From NCBI GenBank assembly GCA_977017575.1, contig CDRNVI010000020.1, forward strand, positions 62,001-126,000: a stretch of DNA of 64,000 bases, written 5' to 3'. The position numbers and the translations under genes were made by a program. Shown piece after piece: positions 32,652-42,726 of the stretch (position 1 is its first letter; every line of letters starts with the position of its first letter). This DNA comes from Paramoeba atlantica. Taxonomy: Eukaryota > Protista > Discosea. The notes under the pieces are model-generated. The model had not been told where the DNA came from. It did no database searches and worked only from the letters and a program-made list of their open reading frames with translations.

Positions 32652-33990
32652 AACCCCCGCTCACGAAAAGTGACCCCCCTCTTTTTTTTGGTACAAATGT
32701 CTGTTTGAGCTGATTTTTGTTGCATTTTGCAGATCTCAACACAAGGACTTTGCGCGTGAAGAAATGGGACAAAAAGAAACGAATACGCACAATTTAGAGA
32801 AGAATTACCATTTTGTCACTTTTTCGCCCTCCAATCTTATACACTCCTTAAGTCGAGAATCAAAACTTAATACTGTTTTGTCGATCACTTTTTGCGTTAA
32901 AGAAGACCATGCTTTACGTACACGTCGGATAAGTGAAGGTTTGTCCGATGGCGTTTGTTCGTCTACCGCCTCTTGGACCATAGACCAGACGTTTTCTATG
33001 GGGGAAAGGTCGGGCGAGTTGGGGGACCAGTTTCTAAAAAAATCACTCATTCGATTCTCAATATACTCTTTGGAGGCACGGGCAGTCCGTTGCCCCATCC
33101 TGTTGAAATACACTATTAGGGGGGAAATCTACCTGTTTTAGTGTTTCTATGTACGTCTTACTTGTAATAGATGTGTCATTTCGTAGAGTAACCAAATACC
33201 TCCACCCCACTCCTACAGCACCCCAAACTTGGCATCTTGGTGCCCAACGTACTTTTTGACGCGGGGCTGCTTTTTGACCGCGCTTTACCCACATGTGTCT
33301 TCTGCTATCGTTGGTATCAAATATCTTTTCGTCCGTAAAAATAACACGGGCAGTATCCAATTTGTAATTCAAAGCAAATTGAACTATTTTTTGCTTTTTG
33401 TCGTTCGGTAAGCCCTTGGCATACTGGCCGAGCGGCATAATTGTAATCCAGCGATGGTAGATCTCGCTTTACAGTGCTTTGCGAAACTTGTATACCTTTT
33501 TTACACATTTGGCCGTTTATACGCCTTGAAGAATTGAATTTTGGTACCCCAGCGGGGTCGAGAGGAGCCAATATCTTTTCAATTTTCTTTTTGCGAGATT
33601 CGATTTTTTTAATGGTCACAGGACTCAAAGTGTATTCCCCGCTACATTTTTTTTCGTTCAGATATTTTTTGATTATCCTTCTAGAGACGTTAAAATCACG
33701 GGATAATTGTTTTGTCGGAACACCATCTCCCTGTCTCATCTTCAGAAGAACCTTGCCACTATCCGTAAGCCCTCCTTTTGGGAGCCGGTATGGTGATTTG
33801 GTCATTTTTGGAAAAAAAAGTTGAAAAACCAATTATTTTTTTTGACTAATTTTTAAAATTTTAAAATGAGCTAAAAACAGCGAGAACGTACAGATCTCGA
33901 AATTTTGAACGAAAAAGTGGTATGATAACCCACCCACGCCCCCCTGTGCTAAAAATAAGGGGGGGGGTCACTTATTCGTGAGCGGGGGTT
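32652..33990 (-). mobile_element. Full-length Tc1-like DNA transposon (1339 bp, DD35E), frameshifted
   Basis: TIRs AACCCCCGCTCACGAA(T)AAGTGACCCCCC with TA TSD. Transposase in three frames: HTH region, FTDEKIF, VWGAVG, QQDGAT and NSPDLSPIENVW. Confidence 0.95.
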
Positions 33991-34672
33991 TATTACTGAA
34001 AGGATGAGACTTTGGGTAGAAATCTCTGACGACGCCGTTGAAATTTTCGACACCACCCTTTTCCCAGCTCGCGTACGGTTTACAAAAGTACGACGAGCAA
34101 TTAAGGGAACGATTTACGCTCTCGTGCTTCGCGAATTCCGTTCCATTATCATATGTGAGTGTCCGTACCAAAAAGCCTTGAAGGGCGCTGGTGATAGTCT
34201 CTGCTACAAGAGTCGATTTCTTGCATGATATCTTTTTCAGGATCCCGAAACGACTTTTGCGCTCAACAAGGGTAAGAAAGTATCCACTGTGGCGTGTACC
34301 TTCTATTAGATCACACTCCCAATCACCGTATCGTTCCCGATCGTTAACAATGCTGGGCCGCATATCAATATCTGAGGGGCTGCGGGTCGCGGGTTCGGTG
34401 CGGGTTCGGCGCGGGTTGAAAAAAATCCTCTGAAAGCATACGAAATTAGTCGGAGCTGCAGACATTGGACCCAATGCAGTCCCCGGGTGGCCCGTAGTGG
34501 ACTAAGTGGCACAAGACGACCCACAGTGGCCCATAGTGTCCCACAGTGGCCCCAAAAATCGAGCGTCGCCGGAGAATCGTGACGACATAGAGGCAAGTGA
34601 TTCTCTGATAAGTAGCGTACCTAGCTAAGTATAGTGAGGAGGCGCAACTGTATATGAGCGTAGAGTGTATGA

Positions 34673-35842
34673 TCATAGGGGGTTATTGGTTGAGTGCTGG
34701 TGGGGGGATTGTTCACGAAAAAAAACATACGCATCAAGATTTTTAGGATACGTGTATTTGTCCATCGGACCTGTGACAGTAGAACTGTCAGATACTCCAT
34801 ATCTGGAAGATTGTCCTTTGTGCTCTATTATCTTCTTTTTAACTGCTTCCACTTTCTCAGGGGTAAGAGGTGGATATCTTCCTTGAGGTCCATGTTTATG
34901 AAACACTTCCATGTTATGAACCATGAGAGCGCACGAAAAAGCATAGTAAAGAAAATCTGGACTACGAGTCCACTGCTTAAAAGCCAGCCATTTGCCACAG
35001 CACGAACGAGAAAAAATGTGTTCGACCCGCGATCTAAAGTGAGCCAACTTTTCATTGAAGCACATTTTACCATCTGCTTCTGAATCATGATGTTTCTGCA
35101 TAGACTTAGATTTTGGGCGCTTCGAACACCAAATTTTGGCTTTAGAATGGGGTACTATTAATCTATCAGTAAGACCATCGTAAAATCCCCCGTCAGCAAG
35201 AGCGCGAACACGATTGTGTGCCAGAAAATCCAGAATACCACTACAGTCCTGAATAACGGCGTCGGATGAGGCTCCACAGTGCAATGTGTCTGCTGTGAAG
35301 CAAACATACCCAGACATTGTAGATGCTACGAGCGCTTTCACGACGTGTGTAGCATATTTGGGTTGATAGCAGTGAGGCAAGCTATCAACGTACAGTGGCA
35401 CTGTGTCCATCACCACCTTTATGTCCTTATCCCAAAAAGGAAGAACTGCGTTTGATTCATGGTGCAAAATATCAGAATCCAAACAAAGCCATGTATCCTT
35501 CATATCGGAATGCAGTTTTTTAAAAAACGCGGGTATCTTGTCAGAACAAGAACGTTCAGACCAACCGGTTCCGAATTTCAAGGATATGAGTTCTGATACA
35601 ATGTCGTAGCTACCCCCACACCGCAAAAAAAGAAAGCTCGCAAAAATTTCTTCAAAGGGATAAAATTGTTTTAGAAAGGTGAGAGCGCGATGCGTTAAAC
35701 CGCATAAAGACAACTCTGAATATTTATTTTCGTAGGGAGCATCAGGTTCAGGTGCATCGCCGGATGTATCAGGTGGTGCGTCACGGGTTTCAGATATATT
35801 AACGGGTGTGTCATATTCCGGGGTGTCAATACGGCCAAGCAT
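34673..35842 (-). CDS. Apparently intact DDE transposase, IS5/PIF-Harbinger/ISL2EU superfamily (389 aa)
   Basis: VMDTVP, YQPKYATHVVK, GASSD, LADGGF, FNEKLAHFRSRVEHIF and C-terminal CALMVHN. Confidence 0.85.
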   Translation of the reverse strand: MLGRIDTPEYDTPVNISETRDAPPDTSGDAPEPDAPYENKYSELSLCGLTHRALTFLKQFYPFEEIFASFLFLRCGGSYDIVSELISLKFGTGWSERSCSDKIPAFFKKLHSDMKDTWLCLDSDILHHESNAVLPFWDKDIKVVMDTVPLYVDSLPHCYQPKYATHVVKALVASTMSGYVCFTADTLHCGASSDAVIQDCSGILDFLAHNRVRALADGGFYDGLTDRLIVPHSKAKIWCSKRPKSKSMQKHHDSEADGKMCFNEKLAHFRSRVEHIFSRSCCGKWLAFKQWTRSPDFLYYAFSCALMVHNMEVFHKHGPQGRYPPLTPEKVEAVKKKIIEHKGQSSRYGVSDSSTVTGPMDKYTYPKNLDAYVFFREQSPHQHSTNNPL

Positions 35843-36023
35843 CAGTATCAAGTAGAGGAAAGATTATTATGATTTTATTAGAGGAAAGAAAGATTCTATA
35901 TTAAATAAAATTCTTTGATTTACGATTTTTTTTCGAATTCCTTACTTCCAAATTCCTTACTTGCAACTTTTTCACTTACAACATAACCGCTTAAAACTTA
36001 CTTGCGATTTACAGGCCTACAAC

Positions 36024-36853
36024 TTACTTACGACTTTTAAAATGCAAAGTGTTCGAACTTGAAGTTGAAGCAATGCGGGAAACGCGTTGCCGCTTCGGAT
36101 TGCTGACCAGGTTTTCATCGTTCCGAACTTCAACTATCTCAACTTCCTGATCTGCGGCAGTCAAAGTTTGACGAGGAGGTCGGGCAACGTGAATAAGATG
36201 AGCATTCGAAGTCTTTCCCTTCTTGAGAATCCGCAGTTGAACAAGGTCGTCCCGGATAGAAAGAAGTTCAGTAGGAACATTCTCCTCCATTGAATTGCCA
36301 AGTTTGTCCATAATCTCACCCTGAACTTGGTGAACAAACTTTCGATCAATTTCAAATGTTGAGTCACCTAGAACTAAAACTTTAAAAAACTTGCTACCAA
36401 CGCAGTCTTTGTGTCTCTCAGAACCTTCTTTTCATTGGCGCGCTTGCCCTCATACAAGTTCCAGAGGTTTCGCAAAAACTCCTGCAGAGAGCCCCGCTCC
36501 TCTGGATGCAACGCATGGTTAAAATACGAGCAAACTGCTTCGGCCGAACGCGAGATATATCTTTTTATAGAAACATCTTTTGCCCTTTTGATAAGAATAA
36601 GGATGTGGGCCACATGTCCGAACGCAAGCTTCGTACCGCAGAGCATGCGACCCACGTACTCAGCACATGCGTTAAGAACATTTTCTTCCTTCAGACCACG
36701 AGCATAAATGTGGTCTAAGGTGTTGGCGGGAAGTCGTTCTCCATCTTGAGGGGAATTGCACAACGGACAGTAGTTTGAACCTATGAGAACTGAAACCCTG
36801 TGACACTGAATACAGGGGTCCTTTACATCGCATTCGATGGGACAGGCACACAT
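36024..36853 (-). pseudogene. Element-borne ORF-B: Cys-rich N-terminus (CxC..CxxC..CxxC), apparently interrupted; function unknown
   Basis: ORFs 36374-36853 and 36024-36311 are co-oriented with the transposase. Whether they form one gene is inferred. Confidence 0.45.
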
Positions 36854-37348
36854 TACACACGTTCAGGGGTCTCCAAGACTTACGTTACGGTCTGCTTTGC
36901 AGCGTGGACAAAACATTTTTTCCATTTTAGTAGCTTCATTACTGTGAAACGGACGTTTAATTCTAGATGTACATAGTTACTTCATTTCGTTCTATTTTAC
37001 AACTGCTGTACGTGGTCGACCAAAAATACATGAGAACGAAATCCTTACGAACTCAATATACACAACATAAAAGCAATCAAAAGGCACAACTTAAACTTTG
37101 AAGTGTCCAATCGTGGCACCGATTGTCCCATAGTGGCCCACAGTGTCCCATAGTGGCCCCAGAAATGTACCGAAGTTGCTGGGGGTCCATTGAAGGAGAA
37201 AAATAGTTAGATCGAAGGAGAAATCATAATGTGCGACATACATAGTGTACATAATATACGATAATAACAAAAATTTATAAGCCATGTATACGATATGACT
37301 ACGTAGTTTACATTTCGCAATTCATCGAAAACGACTAGATACTTAATT

Positions 37349-37720
37349 TTATTTAGTTTTTGATCCATGCTGTGGTTTCTTGGGAACATATCCCACATCG
37401 TATATGTGTTCTTTGAGCCAATCCCTCCGTTCATCAATCGGTTTGACTAAACCACACCCTTTGCTACACCAACAAAAAGATGAGTCATCGATATTTTGTA
37501 AGTGTACATTTATTTCACTATCAAAGTCGTATTGGGGTTCTGATGCAAGCAAACCATACACTGCAACAGATACAATCTGAACGGCATCCTTTACCCACGT
37601 AATATCGTGGTCCGTTCCATGAAAAAAACGAAATTTATCGAAATGAGCGAAACAACGCTCGATTCTTGAACGAATCCAAGAATGCATGCGGTTGAACCGA
37701 TCCTCTCTGGTAATGCCGTA
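37349..37720 (-). pseudogene. C-terminal fragment of a second, divergent DDE_Tnp_4-type transposase
   Basis: FNRMHSWIRSRIERCFAHF parallels FNEKLAHFRSRVEHIF. It is followed by the same CCCATAGTGG/CCCACAGTGT repeats as the intact gene. Confidence 0.7.
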
Positions 37721-38007
37721 CATGATAGAATTGCAGGATAAAATAACGCCTAGAGAGAAAACAAAAAGTAAGATGACATTCATGGGTAAGATACCTAACT
37801 TATTCATGATACATATAAGATGACATTCATGGGTAAGACACCTAACTTATTCATGATACAAGATGCATGATATCTAAAAAAAGAATGATATATAAAGGTT
37901 AGCACTTCAAACTTCAAAAAAAACGAGCTTATCACTTCTCTTGAATTACAACTCTTTTTCTCTTACGTACGCTTTGTGCGGGAAACGTTCGCTTCTGCGA
38001 GGGAAAA

Positions 38008-38646
38008 CTAAAGGGAAGGAAAGCGCATCACGCGAGAGGAACGTGGCTTCAAAGAGGCTTCCCCAAGCGAAGGTTGAGGGAGCGAGGAAGGTTGAGTGCG
38101 CAAGTTGGGTGAAGAGATCACCGTAGAAGAAAGGGATTCCTCTGCTACGTTTTCTTTACCCTGGCCACTCTTCCGTTTGCGCCACAGAGTGCATGATCTG
38201 GAACGCTTTCCTGAAACAGAACGCCACACGTTCTCCACGAACTCCCCCACAGCTCCTTCATGAGGAGGGGCGTAGAGAGGGTTCTGTTCCAAGAAAGCTT
38301 CCAGATCACGCGTCGCCTCTGCAAGGAAGTAGACCCCTCGTGGCAGACAATCCAAGAGAAGGTGTCCTCGGCGCTCCACAAGGTGGAAGATGACACGCTG
38401 CAGCACTTGGAAGCTAACCTCCACGCCACACACAGAGCGTGCGGCATCGTGCCTCATGCATTCTTCCACCTTGGCTCCCAACTCCTCCTCAGTGACAACG
38501 AGCGCTGGGGGGGCGAAAGGAGTTTTGCGCTTCGTGAAGGTGTGCATAAGCGATGCGACAATGACGTCGTATACGTCATCATCCCTCGCAGATGTTACCT
38601 TCATACGTGAAGTGAAATCTTCGTTGCTCTCAACAGGGCTCATCAT
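38008..38646 (-). CDS. Element-borne orphan ORF-A (212 aa)
   Basis: First gene inside the right TIR. Homologous remnants at 7091-7453 and 14124-14342. Confidence 0.65.
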   Translation of the reverse strand: MMSPVESNEDFTSRMKVTSARDDDVYDVIVASLMHTFTKRKTPFAPPALVVTEEELGAKVEECMRHDAARSVCGVEVSFQVLQRVIFHLVERRGHLLLDCLPRGVYFLAEATRDLEAFLEQNPLYAPPHEGAVGEFVENVWRSVSGKRSRSCTLWRKRKSGQGKENVAEESLSSTVISSPNLRTQPSSLPQPSLGEASLKPRSSRVMRFPSL

Positions 38647-39423
38647 ATAAAAAGGAGGATAATGTAAAAGAATTATGCATGTATTGTGGAGGGTATATTA
38701 ATTGTACATTTGATTTGTGTAATGCATACACCGTTCGTATACAGCACCGTATACAGCGTACACCGTATTTTCACAGTAAGGCGGCTATGTACGGTAACAA
38801 ACTAAAAAAACTACACTTTAAGCTACTTTGTACGTGTACAATCCATTTTTTTGGGGCTAAAATAGACCTCGTTCGACCTCAAATGCAAAGCGCGGGTTCG
38901 GTGCGGGTTCGGTGATGCACACCCGCAGCCCCTCATCTGTACGATTAGGGATGCTGGTACGATTAGTTCCACGACGACGGCGTTGTCCACTAATTCCCCC
39001 CCGACGGAGGCAACTCTCCAAGTTTTGACTCTTATTCCGACTAATAGAACCATAAATTGCCTTCCGGGAAATGCTCACACCTTCTTTACGCAAAGTAACA
39101 GATATCTGTTGAGGGCTAAAGCGCCGACGTAACAGAGATATGACACTCTCTTTGATGTCTCCTTCAATTTTGCTTGCACGGGACTTCCGTTTACTCATTG
39201 CTTGGTTGAGTGTTCGTTCAGCCCGCTTCGCGTTGTATACACCATCCCGATCTCCACCTGCCAGTTCTCGACTAAAAGACGACTGATTTACTTTCAGTTT
39301 TGAGGCAATTTGTGCTTGCGAAAAGTTTTCTTGATTGTGGAGAACCTCAATAAGTTTACGATCTTCTGAATTAATACGTTTTCTAGATGTTTGACACATG
39401 GTGCAAGAAAGACAAAAAAAATA

Positions 39424-39709
39424 TTATCCGGTTACATTATGCATTATCAGGTTACATTATGCGTTATCAGGTTACATTATGCGTTATGAGGTTACATTAC
39501 GCGTTATCGGGTTACATTATGCATTATAAGGGTGCGAGTTACTATGCATTATAAGGGTGCGAGTTTTATGCGTTATCAAGGGTACAATATGCATTATTAG
39601 TGGCCCTATATGCATTATCAAGGGTACAATATGCGTTATCAAGGGTACAATATGCGTTATCAAGGGTACAATATGCGTCATCAGGTTACATTATGCATTA
39701 TAAGGGTGC
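39424..39709. repeat. Tandem 20-25-bp array (GGTTACATTATGCGTTATCA and variants) immediately upstream of the IS30 start codon
   Basis: About 13 units in three variant classes. Confidence 0.95.
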
Positions 39710-39930
39710 GTGTGCCGGGCACACTTCTGTCCATGGGTGTATAATGTATTTCTCTAATCATTGCTTTGCTGTGGGCTCTTTTTGTTATATTTGTCTTGTC
39801 CTTTGTCTTGTTACTCTCATTGATCTCTTAAGAAAAGATTGTATAAGACTCGTAAAAATTAGTGAAGTAATTTGCTTTCAAAAACTTCCTGCACTAATTA
39901 ATATTATGCCTCAATTTTTACGCGCACGGT

Positions 39931-39992
39931 AACTGTTTTTGTTCACTCTTTCAATAATCGAGAGTAGAGATGTAGTTATACAACCACCGCAA
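39931..39992. repeat. 3' end only of the minisatellite-hairpin repeat family
   Basis: CTGTTTTTGTTCACT..TCAATAATCGAG.GTAGA..GTAGTTATACAACCACCGCAATA. Confidence 0.85.
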
Positions 39993-40001
39993 TAAAATTT
40001 T

Positions 40002-40181
40002 AGGGTAAAGGGGACGAGGGAGATACCAACAGTGTAGGGGCGGCAGTTTCCACAGGAAAAACGGCATCTCTACCTTTTTAGTCGCTTGTCTTTATGCCAT
40101 AGGGGAGATACCGTTTTTCCTGTGGAAACTGCCGCACCTACACTGTTGGTATCTCCCTCGTCCACTTTACCCTGGGTTACA
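40002..40181. mobile_element. Fold-back MITE (about 69-bp arms, 3 mismatches), TGTAACC family, left tip lost
   Basis: Arms at 40002-40070 and about 40105-40173. The right end GGGTTACA|TA matches 10381-10575. Confidence 0.85.
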
Positions 40182-40254
40182 TAGTAAAAACATGTTCCCT
40201 AGTACACCTTACAGCTTTCCACGCGAGGAAGTCGTCTTCGCTGCGGCAAAAAGG

Positions 40255-40420
40255 CAGAAGGCTCCGCCTTCTGCTTTTTGCCTTGCGCCTCCTCCTTCCT
40301 CTACGGTCTTGCGTATCCTAAATTTCAAGTTGAAAAAAGCATACGTGGCAAATCGGGCTTTGCAAATCGCTTCCGAAGAAGGGGGTCTCGAGTCGTCCAA
40401 AAGGTGCGTTTTTCTTTTCT
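40255..40420 (+). pseudogene. Fragment of the second Tc1 subfamily
   Basis: Near-identical to 31510-31680 in the opposite orientation (PCASSFLYGLAYP...RVVQKVRFS). Confidence 0.75.
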
Positions 40421-40552
40421 AAAACTATCTATTTATAGAGCTGCCTTTCGTTCTTTGCGAAAAAACATTTTCCGGAAAATCTTTTTTCGGGCTAAATTTC
40501 GGGCGAAATTTCGAGCCAATTTTTATTAATACTGGGTAGCGAGGGAGTAGTA

Positions 40553-42567
40553 CACACATGTGCATAGTACGGTACGATGTACTAAATCTAGTACGGACCC
40601 CTATTTTCGTACTAGTACGTACTAACTACCGTACTATCCGTACTAGGATAGTAAACGTATTCAAAAACTTGGTGTAGGTATCTCTCGCTCGCTTGTTAGC
40701 TTGCTATTCTGAAAGCAAATATTTTGAGCGAGAGGGATGTTAGTTACATGGAGAACGAGTCGGGAAGGGATGAAGAGTTCTGTCCGGGAATCTAATTTGT
40801 ACAGCGGGGGGGATTTTACTTACATGGAGAACGAGTCCAGAAGGGGTAAGAAGTTAAAATTTAATGGAAGTGTTCTTCACTGTGTGGTAAGTCTTCACTG
40901 CCTTGGTAGTACAACTCCCGGGACCTTGTGCACTGATCAATTTCATACATGAATATACAGTGTATGTGTTTAGAAAGATTGACCATCCGCATATTTATAT
41001 AACTTTATTGTCTCTAAGGCTTTCAACAACACCCTTTTCTAGGCCTGGGCGATAGCGTTTGAGGCAGCGCTCCCCGAACCTACTGTAGTACGTCCGAAAA
41101 TTGGACGACGCTCTTACGAAGGACTCGTCACATTTAGCTAATTTCATCCCGAGCGCTACACCTTTGTACTTCCCTTTTGAAGCACTAGGTTTCCCGGCAG
41201 AATAAAAGGCTTGAGAGAAATTAGCTTTCTTAAATTTAAAAGAAGCAGACTCTTCGTACGACTTGAAAGCTGCCTTACAAACGCAATTGATCATGTGACC
41301 TATACATGACAAAAACGTAATGGTGGGAAACGCAAAACGTAAGCCTTGCTCAAAGTTCAACAGATCATCTTGGCCAACACCATCAGTCCGATCATAAATT
41401 TCGCGCAGATGACCCTCGCAATGCAACCGGGCAACATGGTTAACTGTACTGCCGTCGACCATGAGAAATTTTAGTTTTTTTTGTCGATCAGCTCCGATGT
41501 TAATCATTAAGCTGCTAATGAAAGTCTCGGCCATGAGTTTTCCATCGAACGCCTTGTGTTGAGATGAATAAAGTGGTGGAAGAACATATTCTTCAGCCCC
41601 CACATATAAGATGCACAAGAGCAAATGTTCACTCTTTACCCGATCAATACCTGCATCTACCGCTGCACCAAAAAAACGTGATTATCGATGTGGTCTCGAA
41701 GAACCCCCCATAATTCATTTGCCTGAACGGACTCGCATTCATGAAGTTTTCGAGTTGTCTTAGGAAAAAATGCAAGAAATTGTGCGGCAGTCACGTTAGG
41801 AGGCCACTGCTCCAAAAAAGAGTGAACAAAAGTGATAAATTGCTGTGATGGTGTGCTCATAAGAGCGTGCATACATGGAACTACCCGCGTTGCGTACACC
41901 TCCGCATTTTGCCGCACTGTTATCGTGCTGTTTCGTTCCTCCTCTTCCATTCGAACAGTCCCAAGATCACATTCCTTTCTGTGTCGTTGGTAGTGATTTC
42001 GAGTCTTACTGTAAGACTAAAAATCTAAGTCTCTACATAGAATTTCTACGTAGAACGCGTAGAATTCTACGTAGACTACCAACTATGCTTACAGTGAGTC
42101 TCAAACTCACACCCAGGGGAAACACATTTGTAGTGACACTGATGCCCCATCCCATCCAAGGGCATTTCGCTGTGATCGTGGTGGCAATTAGGGGGACACC
42201 GAACGACCTCGAATTTCGGTACGGCGCCCTCACGCATCAAAAGGCTGGGCGGCGCACGTTGTTGACTGCGAGGCGTCGAAGGCGTGGAATTTCCTTGCGA
42301 GTTTTGACTCATGTAAGGACACAAAAAAAGTAGGGCGAATATCACTAGTATCTATTATCTATCTATTTTCATGTTACAGTAAGAAAAAACCCGATATTAC
42401 AAGTAAAAGAGAAAGTGAACTTACATACATGTATGGTACTCTTTGTCTATGTATAATATTCTTTGAAAAAAAGGAAATATGTACATGTGACTAAAAGTAC
42501 AGACTTTCGTACTAAGTACGGATAGTACGGTACTAGGTACGGTACTATCGTACTAGGCAAATGTGTG
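40553..42567 (-). mobile_element. Decayed hAT-like (CxxH-group) DNA transposon with CACACAT termini and an apparent 6-bp TSD GTAGTA
   Basis: TIR CACACAT(G/T)TGC(A/C)TAGTACG and GTAC-rich subterminal arrays. The frameshifted transposase has FFGAAVDAGID, FLMVDGS, SCIGHMIN and YSRFG. Confidence 0.75.
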
Positions 42568-42726
42568 GTAGTATCTCCCTCAATAAAATTTCATAGTTAT
42601 TCGGACCCCTGGCTTGTAAGTAGCTTACGTAGTAGCTTCACACAAAAACAACTCTCCACAAACTTCCAAATCCTTTTTTCTCTCTCACATTCACTCCACC
42701 CTCCCTTCTTTCCCTCCTCCTCCTCT

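Larger units (their letters stand above)
34373..38935 (-). mobile_element. 4.56-kb multi-ORF PIF/Harbinger-ISL2EU-like (DDE_Tnp_4-type) DNA transposon
   Basis: Perfect 15-bp TIR TGAGGGGCTGCGGGT. The TSD is TC (2 bp), or ATCT (4 bp) if the TIR is 14 bp. Excision restores the IS30 frame. Confidence 0.9.
32504..39399 (-). mobile_element. IS30-family DD33E transposase gene split into three segments (39399-38939, 34373-33991, 32649-32504); 329 aa when rejoined
   Basis: N-terminal HTH (SQAQIASKLKVNQSSFSREL), SPQQIS and SRKAIY; IPNRTDIDMRP...YGDWECD; TLVERKSRF; TLTYDNGTEF; YFCKPYASWEKGGVENFNG; INARPKVVL...SPSE. Both reconstructed junctions are in frame. Confidence 0.93.

Noticed and set aside
32504-39399. 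IS30 as simple bacterial contamination
   Set aside because: It is interrupted by Tc1 and Harbinger-like elements with exact TSDs, and their relatives are interspersed with eukaryotic genes in this window. Read-level confirmation is still needed.
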